A stretch of 64,000 nt of DNA. Origin: Rhodoferax sp. (GTDB lineage: Bacteria > Pseudomonadota > Gammaproteobacteria > Burkholderiales > Burkholderiaceae_C). The notes under the pieces are model-generated. The model saw only the letters and a list, made by a program, of their open reading frames with translations. It was not told the origin of the DNA and searched no databases. The position numbers and the translations under genes are program-made. Numbering within the stretch: position 1 is the first letter of the stretch; each line of letters starts with the position of its first letter. Positions 48,168-58,541 of this stretch are shown piece by piece. The stretch covers positions 82,579-146,578 of the forward strand of contig NZ_JAQTWL010000005.1 in assembly GCF_028689295.1 (NCBI RefSeq), given 5' to 3'.

Positions 48168-49244
48168 CTAGGCTATGAGCGGGTCTTGCTGCATGGCTTC
48201 AATCTGCTCTTGCAGCATGTGCAACTGGCCCTGCCAGTAGTCGCTGGTGCCAAACCAGGGGAAATGGATGGGAAAGGTGGGGTCGTCCCAGCGCCGGGCC
48301 AACCAGGCGCAGTAGTGCAGCAGGCGCAAGGTGCGCAGCGGCTCGATCAGCGCGAGTTCGCGTCGGTCAAAAGGGCGAAACTGCTCGTAGCCATCGATCA
48401 GGCAGCCGAGCTGGCGGATTTGCTGCTGACGCTCGCCGCTCAACAGCATCCACAGGTCTTGTACCGCCGGCCCCATGCGAGCGTCGTCCAGATCGACAAA
48501 ATGCGGCCCCGGCTGGGCGCTGGCGGGCACGTCCAGTGGCGTCCACAAAATGTTGCCGGGGTGGCAGTCGCCGTGCAGGCGAATCCGCTGCATAGCGCGG
48601 TTCGGGTCGCCGTCGTCCGCGGCAGAATGTGTTGGGTTCTTGGTGCCGTTGACGCCAACCAGGCAGGCCTGGGCGGCAATCAGATCAAGCGCTTGTTGCG
48701 AGGCCTTGGCCCAGCGCGACTGCACGTCGAGCGGCACCTGGTCGTGGGCCAGCAGCCATTCGCGCGAGACGATACCGAAGCTGGCCAGGTCGAGCGCGGG
48801 GCGGTGCGCAAAGGGCTTGACGCCACCCACGGCATGGAGGCGCGCCAGAAAGCGGCCGATCCACTCCAGCACCTCGGGGTCGTCAAGCTCCGGCATGCGT
48901 CCGCCGCGCCATGGGCTCACGCTGAAGGCAAAGCCGCCGAAATGGTTCAGTGTGCTGCCGTTCAGGGCGAGCGGCCCGACCACGGGGATTTCAGCGGTGA
49001 TGAGTTCCTGCGAGAACGCGTGCTCTTCCAGAATCTGATCGTTGCGCCAGCGCCCCGGACGGTAAAACTTGGCAACGACCACCGCACCGTCTTCCAGGTG
49101 CAACTGATAGACGCGGTTTTCGTAGGAACTCAGGGCCATCTGCCGGCCGTCGCCAAACAGCCCCACGCTGGCCAGCGCATCCATCACCACATCCGGGGTC
49201 AGTGACTGGTAGGGGTGAGCAGACGTGCTGCCGCCGTCAGACAT
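48168..49244 (-). CDS. srkA: Stress response kinase SrkA/RdoA (YihE family)
   Basis: LSSYENRVY, AKFYRPGRW, RLHGDCHPGNIL, FVDLDD, PAVQDLWMLL. Confidence 0.93.
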   Translation of the reverse strand: MSDGGSTSAHPYQSLTPDVVMDALASVGLFGDGRQMALSSYENRVYQLHLEDGAVVVAKFYRPGRWRNDQILEEHAFSQELITAEIPVVGPLALNGSTLNHFGGFAFSVSPWRGGRMPELDDPEVLEWIGRFLARLHAVGGVKPFAHRPALDLASFGIVSREWLLAHDQVPLDVQSRWAKASQQALDLIAAQACLVGVNGTKNPTHSAADDGDPNRAMQRIRLHGDCHPGNILWTPLDVPASAQPGPHFVDLDDARMGPAVQDLWMLLSGERQQQIRQLGCLIDGYEQFRPFDRRELALIEPLRTLRLLHYCAWLARRWDDPTFPIHFPWFGTSDYWQGQLHMLQEQIEAMQQDPLIA

Positions 49245-51798
49245 TGGTGTTGGCACGAACCTCTTCAATGCTGGTGAGTCCTGCCAGGACCTTGCCGATG
49301 CCGTCCTGGCGCAGGGTGCGGAATTTGCCGGATTTGAACGCCTCGATCTGGATCAGTTCAGAACGCGTCCCATTTTGAATCAAACGCCGGATGCCTGGCG
49401 TCATGCTCATCAATTCATGCAAACCGATGCGACCCGAGAGACCGGTACCCAAACATTCGGCACAGCCTGGTGAGTGGCTGTGGTTGAGCCAACCCTGCGG
49501 ACCGAGCTCCTGCAGCCATTGCGCCAGCACGTCTTCCGGTTTGGGGCGCATGTCGTCCGGAAAAGCTGCCAGGTAGTCATTCAGCAGTTCCTCGACATAG
49601 TCGTTACTGGCGCGTCCGACGACGCGGCAGGTTGAGCACAACCTGCGCACCAGACGTTGCCCCAGCACTGCCAGCAAGGAATCGGCAAAATTGAACGGAT
49701 CCATGCCGATGTCAACCAGCCGGGTGACGGTTTCAGCCGCGCTGTTCGTATGCAGGGTGGACAACATCAAATGCCCGGTGAGCGAGGCCTCGATGGCGAC
49801 GAGGGCGGTCTCGGCGTCACGGATTTCGCCTACCATGATGATGTCGGGATCCGCGCGCAGGAAGGAGCGCAGCGCCTTGGCAAAGGTCCAGTCGATTTTG
49901 GGGTTGATCTGCACTTGGCGCAAATCGGGCTGGGTGATTTCGATCGGGTCTTCTGCCGTCCATATCTTGCGCTCGGGCGTGTTGAGAAAACCAAGTATCG
50001 AATGCAGGGTGGTGGTTTTGCCGGAACCCGTGGGTCCCACGCACAACACCATGCCGTAAGGTCGGACGACGGCTTCGCGCAGTTGCTCGAGGTTGCTCTC
50101 GGTCAGGCCCAGTTTGTCCATGGCAATCGGCTTGGTCGACGTCAGCAAACGCATCACCACGTCTTCCAGACCATTGGCGGTGGGGATGGTGGCAATGCGC
50201 AGTTCCAGCCGGTGCCTGCTGGAAAACTTGTTGAAGTTGATCTTGCCGTCTTGCGGTTTGCGCCGCTCCGAAATGTCTAGGTCGGCCATGATCTTGAGTC
50301 GTGCCACCAGGGCGGCGCGGTAGGTGTGCGGCAACTCGAGGTAGGGTGACAAATGGCCGTCTTTGCGAAATCGGATGCGCACCTTGGCGCGCCGGGGTTG
50401 CGACTCCACATGAATGTCCGACACCCCGCGGTTATGGGCTTCGCTGATCATGGTGTTGATCAGGCGCACCAGCGTGTTGTCGGACTGTTCAATGGGTTTT
50501 TCACTTTCTTCAGTGGCGGCACCATGTGCATCGCTGTGCTCCATCGACTCCAGCAATTCCCTCGAACTGGTTTGTTCTTCATCAGGCTCCGCGAAGCCGG
50601 GCAAGTCTTCACTCAGGGCCTGGCGGTGCATGCCGAATTTCTCGTAGGTCTCGCGGATCTTCTGCTTTATCTGCTGTTCATCTCCCAGGGTAGCGATGAC
50701 CCTGCCCTGCACCAGAAACTCCAGTTCCTCGATCATCTTGCGCTGGGTCGGGTCGACCGCTGCCACAACCGTCAGGTTGTCGCGCGACAGCAAGGGCATC
50801 ACGTTCAAACGCCTGGCCGTGATCATCGGAATCTTCAGCAAGGCGGAAGACTCGATGGGAAACAGCTTGACGTCTACCACCGGATAGCCCATTTTGCGAG
50901 CCAAGGCAATGTTGAGATCATGCCGGGTCAGGAAACCCATCCGGATGAGAAGTTCACCTAGCGGCACTGCGCGTTCTGTTTTTTGCCTTTCAAGGGCTTG
51001 TTGCAGTTGCGCTTCGCTGATGTAACCAAGACGGGTCAAAGCTTCGCCCACCCGGATCATGGGCATTTTTGACTGCTCTGCCAGTGCCAGCATCAACTGC
51101 TCAGGGTAAACCACCGCCGTGTCCAGCAGGTAGTCTCCCAGCTTACGGTTGCGCATGCTTTGCTGCTCGTTGGCTGCCAGATCGACCTGCTGCTGCGTGA
51201 CCGCCTTGTCGGTCACCAGCAATTTTCCGATTTGGCCGCCCACACTGAAACTCACATAGGCTTCGCGCGGGATAAATACCTGTTCAACCGCACCTTGCTC
51301 CCCAATGGGCGGGAACAGGAACACGCCATAGTCGGTATCGACATAACCGATCGTCAAGCCGGCAAGCTCTTCCCCCTGGACCATTTTGAGGTGGTATTCA
51401 GCGGTCGCGCGGTAGCCCAGAATGTCGGAAAAATGATCGGAGGTGATCACCTCCTGAGGGTGAAGCTGCTGTCTCAGGCTCAAGCGCCGAAACTGTGAAA
51501 ACGACAGCGAAACCGGTGTCGGGGTTTGCTCGATCTGAATGATGGCGAGGTGTTTGGCGGTGTTCAGTCCGATCACCTTGCAACGCCTTACCACGCCCGT
51601 GAGGCCCTCAAGTTCGCAATCCTGTGGCTTGTTCCAGGGCTGCGCAGCGCTGTAAACCGCATAGGGCGGCGATGGCCAAATGAACTTATCCACTAGTTCT
51701 GGCGCTTTCGCAAGGCTCGCCCGTCCCGGCATGATCAGCCCCTGGCCCAAGGATTTTGCAGCTTCTTGAGAGGACAGGGAATTGTCACTTGGCATCAT
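49237..51798 (-). CDS. GspE/PilB-family secretion/pilus ATPase with extended N-terminus
   Basis: Walker A GPTGSGKT, TAEDPIE, DIIMVGEIRD, STLHTN, CxxC...CxxC zinc motif; four MshEN-like repeats. Confidence 0.93.
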   Translation of the reverse strand: MMPSDNSLSSQEAAKSLGQGLIMPGRASLAKAPELVDKFIWPSPPYAVYSAAQPWNKPQDCELEGLTGVVRRCKVIGLNTAKHLAIIQIEQTPTPVSLSFSQFRRLSLRQQLHPQEVITSDHFSDILGYRATAEYHLKMVQGEELAGLTIGYVDTDYGVFLFPPIGEQGAVEQVFIPREAYVSFSVGGQIGKLLVTDKAVTQQQVDLAANEQQSMRNRKLGDYLLDTAVVYPEQLMLALAEQSKMPMIRVGEALTRLGYISEAQLQQALERQKTERAVPLGELLIRMGFLTRHDLNIALARKMGYPVVDVKLFPIESSALLKIPMITARRLNVMPLLSRDNLTVVAAVDPTQRKMIEELEFLVQGRVIATLGDEQQIKQKIRETYEKFGMHRQALSEDLPGFAEPDEEQTSSRELLESMEHSDAHGAATEESEKPIEQSDNTLVRLINTMISEAHNRGVSDIHVESQPRRAKVRIRFRKDGHLSPYLELPHTYRAALVARLKIMADLDISERRKPQDGKINFNKFSSRHRLELRIATIPTANGLEDVVMRLLTSTKPIAMDKLGLTESNLEQLREAVVRPYGMVLCVGPTGSGKTTTLHSILGFLNTPERKIWTAEDPIEITQPDLRQVQINPKIDWTFAKALRSFLRADPDIIMVGEIRDAETALVAIEASLTGHLMLSTLHTNSAAETVTRLVDIGMDPFNFADSLLAVLGQRLVRRLCSTCRVVGRASNDYVEELLNDYLAAFPDDMRPKPEDVLAQWLQELGPQGWLNHSHSPGCAECLGTGLSGRIGLHELMSMTPGIRRLIQNGTRSELIQIEAFKSGKFRTLRQDGIGKVLAGLTSIEEVRANTNV

Positions 51799-52033
51799 GA
51801 CCTCGGCACCAGAAGACTGAATAACGTGAAGAAAAACATCGAACTCCCTCAGTTTTTATCATTGAATCAGGGCCGGTGATCATGCCTGAATTCGTTGATT
51901 AAATACAGTCTGTACCGTAAATCTGACGATTATTTGTGGTTAATCTTGGTCTCAGGCTCTAAAAATGCCGGTTTTTTTGCGCTAACGTGCTCAGGGCTTG
52001 CGTTTATCAATGTGCCAGGACTTGGAGAACTTC

Positions 52034-53632
52034 ATGTATGACTACCTCATCATCGGGGGCGGCTCAGCCGGCTGTGTGTTGGCCGGGCGACTCTCGGAAG
52101 ACCCGGATATCAAGGTGGCCTTGCTTGAAGCAGGACCGGTTGACAGCAGCGTACTGATCCATTGTCCGGCGGGCCTGGCGGTGATGGCCAAGTTCGGCCT
52201 GTCGGGCTGGGAACTCAATACCGTGCCGCAACCCGGCTTGAACGGCCGCTGCGGTTACCAGCCGCGCGGCAAGGTGCTGGGCGGTTCCAGTTCCCTGAAT
52301 GCCATGATTTACACCCGCGGCCACCCGGCTGACTACGACGCCTGGGCAGCGCAAGGCAACCCCGGCTGGTCGTATGCCGACGTGCTGCCGTATTTCAAAA
52401 AGGCCGAACACAACGAGCGCGGCGCCGATGACTTTCATGGCACCGGCGGACCGCTCAATGTGATGGACCTGCGCAGTCCTAACCCGTTCAGTGAACGCTT
52501 TGTGCAGGCGGCTGAGCAGGCCGGTTATTCACGCACTGCCGATTTCAACGGTGCCGTTCTGGAGGGCGTTGGTCGCTACCAGGTGACGCACAAAAACGGC
52601 GAACGCCACAGCGCTGCCAAAGCCTACGTGACGCCCAATCTGTCGCGGCCCAACTTGACCCTGTTCACCGGCGCGCACACCACCCGTATCCTGATGGACG
52701 GTAAACGTGCCGTGGGCGTCGAGTATGTGCACGAGGGCCAGACGCGGCGCCTCAAATGCCGCCGCGAGGTGCTGCTGTGCGCGGGCGCCATCCAGTCGCC
52801 GCAGATATTGATGCTGTCAGGCATTGGCCCGCACGAGCACCTGCTGGCGCAGCAGATCGAGCCGATCCACCACTTGGCCGGCGTGGGCCAGCATTTGCAC
52901 GACCACATCGACGTCGTGCAGGTGGTGGATGCGCCGCGCGCCAAGGAGTTGTTTGGTGTCTCACCCAGCGCCGCGTTCAGCATTCTTAAGGGGATTTTTG
53001 AGTGGCGCAAGCGGCGAAGCGGCATTCTGACCACCAACTTTGCCGAAGCCGGCGGCTTCGTCAAGAGCGACCCGGCAGAGGCCACCCCCGACCTGCAACT
53101 GCACTTTGTGATTGGGAAACTCATCAACCACGGCCGCACCACCACGCTCGGTCATGGTTTTTCTTGTCATGTTTGTTTGCTTCGCCCGTTGAGCCGTGGC
53201 AGCGTGCGTCTGGCCAGCAAGGATCCGCTGGCGCTGCCGCTGGTGGACCCGGCCTTCTTGATTGAGCCCGACGACATGGCGCGCATGGTGCGCGGCTTCA
53301 AGCAGGTGCGCCGCATTCTGGCCCAGCCGGCGCTGGCGCAATTTGGCGGGCGCGAACTGGCGGCCACGGCCCGGGCGCGAACCGATGCCGAGATCGAGCA
53401 GGCCATTCGCAACCTGGCCGACACCATTTACCACCCGGTGGGCAGCTGCCGCATGGGCCCGGGCCCGGTGGATGTGGTCGATGCCGAACTGCGCGTGCAC
53501 GGTTTGCAAGGCTTGCGCGTGGTCGATGCCTCCATCATGCCGGGCATCGTGAGCGGCAACACTAATGCGCCGGTGATCATGATCGCCGAAAAAGCCGCCG
53601 ACCTCATCAAGCAGGACGCCGTGCGCGCTTGA
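52034..53632 (+). CDS. GMC-family oxidoreductase (choline dehydrogenase-like)
   Basis: [43 protein letters not shown]. Confidence 0.93.
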   Translation: MYDYLIIGGGSAGCVLAGRLSEDPDIKVALLEAGPVDSSVLIHCPAGLAVMAKFGLSGWELNTVPQPGLNGRCGYQPRGKVLGGSSSLNAMIYTRGHPADYDAWAAQGNPGWSYADVLPYFKKAEHNERGADDFHGTGGPLNVMDLRSPNPFSERFVQAAEQAGYSRTADFNGAVLEGVGRYQVTHKNGERHSAAKAYVTPNLSRPNLTLFTGAHTTRILMDGKRAVGVEYVHEGQTRRLKCRREVLLCAGAIQSPQILMLSGIGPHEHLLAQQIEPIHHLAGVGQHLHDHIDVVQVVDAPRAKELFGVSPSAAFSILKGIFEWRKRRSGILTTNFAEAGGFVKSDPAEATPDLQLHFVIGKLINHGRTTTLGHGFSCHVCLLRPLSRGSVRLASKDPLALPLVDPAFLIEPDDMARMVRGFKQVRRILAQPALAQFGGRELAATARARTDAEIEQAIRNLADTIYHPVGSCRMGPGPVDVVDAELRVHGLQGLRVVDASIMPGIVSGNTNAPVIMIAEKAADLIKQDAVRA

Positions 53633-53674
53633 GGGCCGGTGCTAGCATGCAGCCCTGAAAGCTGCACCACTGCC

Positions 53675-54718
53675 ATGACCTACCAAGCCAATTCCGCCCG
53701 CTACGACACCATGCCCTACCGCTTTTGCGGCAACAGTGGCCTGAAATTACCCGCCCTATCGCTCGGGCTTTGGCACAACTTTGGCGATGATACACCGCTG
53801 GCCACGCAGCGCCAGATGCTGCGCACCGCGTTCGATGCGGGCATCACCCACTTTGACCTGGCCAACAACTACGGCCCGCCCTACGGCAGCGCCGAGACCA
53901 ATTTCGGCGAGCATTTGCGGCGCGACTTCAAACCCTACCGCGACCAGCTCATCATCTCCAGCAAAGCCGGCTGGGACATGTGGCCCGGTCCTTACGGCTC
54001 GGGCGGTGGCTCGCGCAAGTATGTGCTGGCCAGCCTCGACCAAAGCCTGCAGCGCATGGGGCTGGACTATGTGGACATTTTTTATTCGCACCGCTTCGAT
54101 CCCGACACGCCGCTCGAAGAAACCATGGGCGCGCTGGCCAGCGCGGTGCAGCAGGGCAAGGCCTTGTATGTGGGCATCAGCAGCTATTCGGCCGGCAAAA
54201 CGCGTGAAGCTGCCGCCCTGCTCAAGAGCATGGGCGTGCGCCCACTCATCCACCAGCCGTCATACAGCCTGTTGAACCGTTGGATCGAAGAAGACCTGCT
54301 CAATGCGCTGGACGACACCGGCATGGGTTGCATCGCCTTCAGCGCGCTGGCGCAGGGTCTGTTGACCGACAAATACCTCAATGGCATCCCGGCCGACGCG
54401 CGCATCAACCGGCCCGGCGGCGGCTCTTTCAGGCCCGAATTTTTGAACGAACAAAACCTGCGCCATGTGCGCGCCCTGAACGACATGGCGCAGGCGCGCG
54501 GCCAAAGCCTGGCGCAGATGGCCATCGCCTGGGTGTTGCGCGATGCGCGCGTGACCAGCGCCCTGATTGGCGCCAGCTCGGCTGCACAAATCACCGAGTT
54601 GGCCGGGGCTTTGAGTCAACCGGGTTTCAGTGCGGAAGAACTGCAAGCCATTAACCAGCACGCGGTCGAGGGCGGCATCAACCTGTGGCAAAAACCCTCT
54701 ACTGACCAGCGCTCTTGA
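53675..54718 (+). CDS. gpr: Aldo/keto reductase, L-glyceraldehyde 3-phosphate reductase (YghZ/Gpr) type
   Basis: [48 protein letters not shown]. Confidence 0.9.
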   Translation: MTYQANSARYDTMPYRFCGNSGLKLPALSLGLWHNFGDDTPLATQRQMLRTAFDAGITHFDLANNYGPPYGSAETNFGEHLRRDFKPYRDQLIISSKAGWDMWPGPYGSGGGSRKYVLASLDQSLQRMGLDYVDIFYSHRFDPDTPLEETMGALASAVQQGKALYVGISSYSAGKTREAAALLKSMGVRPLIHQPSYSLLNRWIEEDLLNALDDTGMGCIAFSALAQGLLTDKYLNGIPADARINRPGGGSFRPEFLNEQNLRHVRALNDMAQARGQSLAQMAIAWVLRDARVTSALIGASSAAQITELAGALSQPGFSAEELQAINQHAVEGGINLWQKPSTDQRS

Positions 54719-55602
54719 AGCACGATCTTCACGCGCGCGCCAACTTGTTGGCGCTGGCCGCGATCGCCATGTGGGGTAGCCTGGCCAGCCTGGGGGTGGC
54801 CTTGAACCATGTGCCGCCGTTTTTGCTGACTGGCCTGTCGCTGCTGATCGGCGGGTTGATTGCCCTGCCGCTGTCGGGGTTCAGGCTGGCGGCGTGGCGG
54901 GTGCCGTGGCCGACGTTGGCGCTGGGTGTCTATGGTCTGTTTGGCTACCACTTCTTGCTTTTTGTCGGCTTGCAAAATGCGCCGCCGGTACAGGCCAATC
55001 TGGTCAATTACTTATGGCCGCTGCTGATCGTGGTGCTGGCGCCGGTGTTGCTGCCGGGGCTGGCCATGCGCTGGCAACATGTGCTGGCCGGGTTGATTGG
55101 TTTTGCTGGTGCCGTCATCGTGATTCTGGCCAGCGTGGATGGCGGTGCCGATGCGGGGGGACAGGTGCTAGGTGGTCTGCAAAACGATCGACTTTGGGGT
55201 TATCTGGCCGCCGCAGTCGCGGCCATCATCTGGGCCACGTACTCGCTGCTGACGCGCCGTGTGCCGCATTTCGACACCGCCGCCATTGGCACTTTTGCCT
55301 GGATCTCGGGCCTGCTCGCCTTGCTCTGCCACGCGCTGATGGAGCCTGCTGTGAGCCTGAGCCTGCGCGACTGGGCATTGATCGGCCTGATGGGTCTGGG
55401 GCCGCTGGGCGGCTCCTTCTTTTTGTGGGACAAGGCGCTCAAGACCGGTGACGCGCGCCACATCGGCTTGCTGAGCTACCTGACGCCATTGCTGTCCACG
55501 TCCATGCTGCTGTGGGTGAGCGATCGCGCTCTGACCTGGCCAGTGGCGCTGGCCGGCGTGCTGATTGTGGGGGCTGCCTGGCTCGGTACGCGCGTGAGAT
55601 AA
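54715..55602 (+). CDS. DMT/EamA-family transporter
   Basis: About 10 TM; ANLVNYLWPLL; LSYLTPLLST. Confidence 0.88.
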   Translation: MKHDLHARANLLALAAIAMWGSLASLGVALNHVPPFLLTGLSLLIGGLIALPLSGFRLAAWRVPWPTLALGVYGLFGYHFLLFVGLQNAPPVQANLVNYLWPLLIVVLAPVLLPGLAMRWQHVLAGLIGFAGAVIVILASVDGGADAGGQVLGGLQNDRLWGYLAAAVAAIIWATYSLLTRRVPHFDTAAIGTFAWISGLLALLCHALMEPAVSLSLRDWALIGLMGLGPLGGSFFLWDKALKTGDARHIGLLSYLTPLLSTSMLLWVSDRALTWPVALAGVLIVGAAWLGTRVR

Positions 55603-55630
55603 GGCGGCGCAAGACGTGCACAATGCTGCC

Positions 55631-56833
55631 ATGATTGAACTCTCACACATTCAAGCTGCGGCCCGCCGCCTGCTAGGCCACCTGCTGCGCACACCCTGCG
55701 TGGCCTCGCGCACGCTCTCGGACATCACCGGCGCGCAGGTGTTTCTCAAGTTCGAGAACCTGCAGTTCACCGCCTCGTTCAAGGAGCGCGGGGCCTGCAA
55801 CAAGCTGTCGCAGCTCAGTGCCGACGAGCGCGCCCGCGGCGTCATTGCCATGAGCGCCGGCAATCATGCGCAGGGCGTGGCCTACCACGCGCAGCGGCTC
55901 GGCATCCGGGCGGTGATCGTCATGCCGCGCTTCACGCCCGGCGTCAAGATCGAGCGCACGCGCGGCTTTGGCGCCGACATCGTGCTGCACGGCGACACCC
56001 TGGACGAAGCACGCGCCCATGCCTTGCGCTTAGCCGAGCAGCAACATCTGATCTTTGTTCATCCCTATGACGACCCCGACATCGTGGCCGGCCAGGGCAC
56101 GGTGGCGCTGGAAATGCTCGAAGACGTGCCCGAGCTCGACACGCTGGTGGTGGCAATTGGCGGCGGCGGCCTGATTGCAGGCATGGCGACGGCGGCCAGG
56201 GCGATCAAGCCCGGCATCGAGATCATCGGCGTGCAAGCCACGCGTTTCCCGGGCATGTACAACGCCATCAAGGGCACCCACCTGCCGCAGGGCAACAGCA
56301 GCATTGCCGAGGGCATCGCGGTGGGCACGCCCGGCGTGTTGCCGCAGGCCATCATTCGCGACAAGGTGAACGACATTGTGCTGGTGGATGAAGGCGACAT
56401 CGAGCAGGCCATCGTGATGCTGCTCGAAGTCGAGAAAACGCTGGTCGAGGGCGCCGGTGCCGCCGGCCTGGCCGCGATGCTGAAATACCCCGAGCGTTTC
56501 AAAGGCAAAAAGGTGGGCGTGGTGCTGTGCGGCGGCAACATCGACCCGCTCTTGCTGGCGGCCATCATTGAGCGCGGCATGGTGCGCGCCGGCCGCCTGG
56601 CGCGCCTGAAGGTGAGTGCGCGCGACGTGCCTGGCACGCTGGCGCTGATCACCGCCACGGTGGCCGCCGCCGGGGCCAATATCAACGAGGTGCACCACCA
56701 GCGCGCCTTCACCACCCTGGCGGCGCAAAACGTCGAGATCGAGCTGGTGATCCAGACCCGCAGCCCGCAGCACATCACTGAGGTGCTGACCGCGCTGCAA
56801 CAGGCCGGACTGCAGGCGCAACTGGTGCAATGA
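55631..56833 (+). CDS. Threonine ammonia-lyase with C-terminal ACT domain
   Basis: KFENLQFTASFKERGA PLP-Lys motif, SAGNHAQG, GGGGLIAG, CGGNID. Confidence 0.93.
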   Translation: MIELSHIQAAARRLLGHLLRTPCVASRTLSDITGAQVFLKFENLQFTASFKERGACNKLSQLSADERARGVIAMSAGNHAQGVAYHAQRLGIRAVIVMPRFTPGVKIERTRGFGADIVLHGDTLDEARAHALRLAEQQHLIFVHPYDDPDIVAGQGTVALEMLEDVPELDTLVVAIGGGGLIAGMATAARAIKPGIEIIGVQATRFPGMYNAIKGTHLPQGNSSIAEGIAVGTPGVLPQAIIRDKVNDIVLVDEGDIEQAIVMLLEVEKTLVEGAGAAGLAAMLKYPERFKGKKVGVVLCGGNIDPLLLAAIIERGMVRAGRLARLKVSARDVPGTLALITATVAAAGANINEVHHQRAFTTLAAQNVEIELVIQTRSPQHITEVLTALQQAGLQAQLVQ

Positions 56834-56985
56834 CCCGGTTGTCATTGCGCATGCAGTGTGCTCCATGTCCGTTTTGCAGCGCGGTTTTGGCATTCACTTT
56901 GCGCCTTGATGCCGGTTTGTTGACCAGAGACAAGCCAGCGCGGCGCGGCTTGGGTAAACTGGCGTCCCGTTTAAGGAGTTCCCTC

Positions 56986-57405
56986 ATGAAGATTCTTCTC
57001 GCCGTCGATGGCAGTGCGTACACCAAGAAAATGCTGGGTTACCTGGCTGCCAATGAATTGTTCTCGCCCAAGAACGAATACGTGGCGTTCACCGCCCAAC
57101 TGGTGCTGCCCACGCAGGCGCGTTCCGCATTGGGTAAGGAACTGGTCGCCAAGTACTACGAGGACGAAGGCCAGCGCGTGATCGCGCCGGTCAGCAAGTT
57201 TTTGGAGCGCCATGGCGTCAAAGCCAAAACGATCTGGAAAGCCGGAAACGCTGGCGAACTGATCGCCAAGCTAGCCGATGATGGCAAATTCGACTTGGTG
57301 GTGATGGGCTCGCATGGCCACGGCGCGTTGGTCAATCTGGTGGTGGGTTCGGTGGCCACCAAGGTGCTGGCCAATTGCAAGGTGCCCGTGTTGATCGTGC
57401 GCTGA
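56986..57405 (+). CDS. Universal stress protein
   Basis: MKILLAVDGS; LVVMGSHGHG...VGSVATKVL; AAGGAG RBS. Confidence 0.95.
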   Translation: MKILLAVDGSAYTKKMLGYLAANELFSPKNEYVAFTAQLVLPTQARSALGKELVAKYYEDEGQRVIAPVSKFLERHGVKAKTIWKAGNAGELIAKLADDGKFDLVVMGSHGHGALVNLVVGSVATKVLANCKVPVLIVR

Positions 57406-57430
57406 AGTCTGCAATTGATAGGCGGCCAAA

Positions 57431-58534
57431 ATGGCTAAAGGCATGATTCTGGCCGCCGGGCAAGGTACCCGCGTGCGCCCTTTGACGCGGGACATTCCCA
57501 AACCCATGGTGCCGATTCTGGGCAAGCCGGTGATGGAGTTCCTGATTGAGCATCTGGCACGGCACGGCATCACCGAGATTATGGTCAACGTGGCCTGGCA
57601 CCATCAAAAAATTGAAGAGTATTTTGGTGATGGCCGCCGTTGGGGGGTGCAGATCGGCTACGCCTACGAAGGCGTGCGCGATCAGGGCGAAATTTTGCCG
57701 CGACCCTTGGGGTCGGCGGGCGGCATGCGGCGTATTCAGGATTTCAGCGGTTTCTTTGATGAGACCACGCTGGTGCTGTGCGGCGATGCCCTGATCGATC
57801 TGGACATCACGGCAGCGCTGGCCGAACACGACGCCAAGAAAGCCATGGCCAGCGTGGTGGCCATGGACGTCCCCTTGTCCGATGTGCAAAGCTATGGCAT
57901 CGTGGTGGCAGCAGCTGACGGACGCATTCAGTCTTTCCAGGAAAAACCCAGTCCCGCCGAGGCTAAATCAACGTTGGCGAGCACGGGCATCTATATCTTC
58001 GAGCCGGCTGTGCTGGACTTCATCCCGCCGGGCACCATTTACGACATCGGCTCCCAGTTATTCCCCGACATGGTGGCGCATGATGTGCCATTTTTCGTTC
58101 AGAACCGTCCTTTCACCTGGCTCGATATCGGGCGGGTCGGTGATTATTGGTCGGTATTGCAACAGGTGCTGCGCGGCGAAGTGGCCGACATGACCATGCC
58201 GGGGCGCGAGATCAAACCGGGCATCTGGGTCGGCCTGAACACATCCATCACATGGCATCAGGTCAACATCGAAGGGCCGGTCTATATAGGTTCGAGCGTC
58301 CGCATCGATCCGGGGGTGGCGATTGTGGGGCCGGCCTGGATTGGCCACGGCAGCCACTTGCGCAGCGGTTGCAAGGTGGTGCGCAGCATTTTGTTCGAGT
58401 ACACCCGAATTGCCGCCGATATGCACTTCAACGAAATGATTGTGTCGCCGGATTACTGTGTGGACCGCCATGGTGTCACGCTATACCACGACGACGACGC
58501 CACTCAGTTGCGCTGGGGTGACGCGCGGGCCTGA
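57431..58534 (+). CDS. NDP-sugar synthase, CugP-like (non-GalU UDP-glucose pyrophosphorylase) / Man-1-P guanylyltransferase family
   Basis: GMILAAGQGTRVRPLT, PKPMVPILGKP, LGSAGGMRRIQDFSGFFD, FQEKP, C-terminal hexapeptide-like region. Confidence 0.85.
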   Translation: MAKGMILAAGQGTRVRPLTRDIPKPMVPILGKPVMEFLIEHLARHGITEIMVNVAWHHQKIEEYFGDGRRWGVQIGYAYEGVRDQGEILPRPLGSAGGMRRIQDFSGFFDETTLVLCGDALIDLDITAALAEHDAKKAMASVVAMDVPLSDVQSYGIVVAAADGRIQSFQEKPSPAEAKSTLASTGIYIFEPAVLDFIPPGTIYDIGSQLFPDMVAHDVPFFVQNRPFTWLDIGRVGDYWSVLQQVLRGEVADMTMPGREIKPGIWVGLNTSITWHQVNIEGPVYIGSSVRIDPGVAIVGPAWIGHGSHLRSGCKVVRSILFEYTRIAADMHFNEMIVSPDYCVDRHGVTLYHDDDATQLRWGDARA

Positions 58535-58541
58535 GCTGGCA

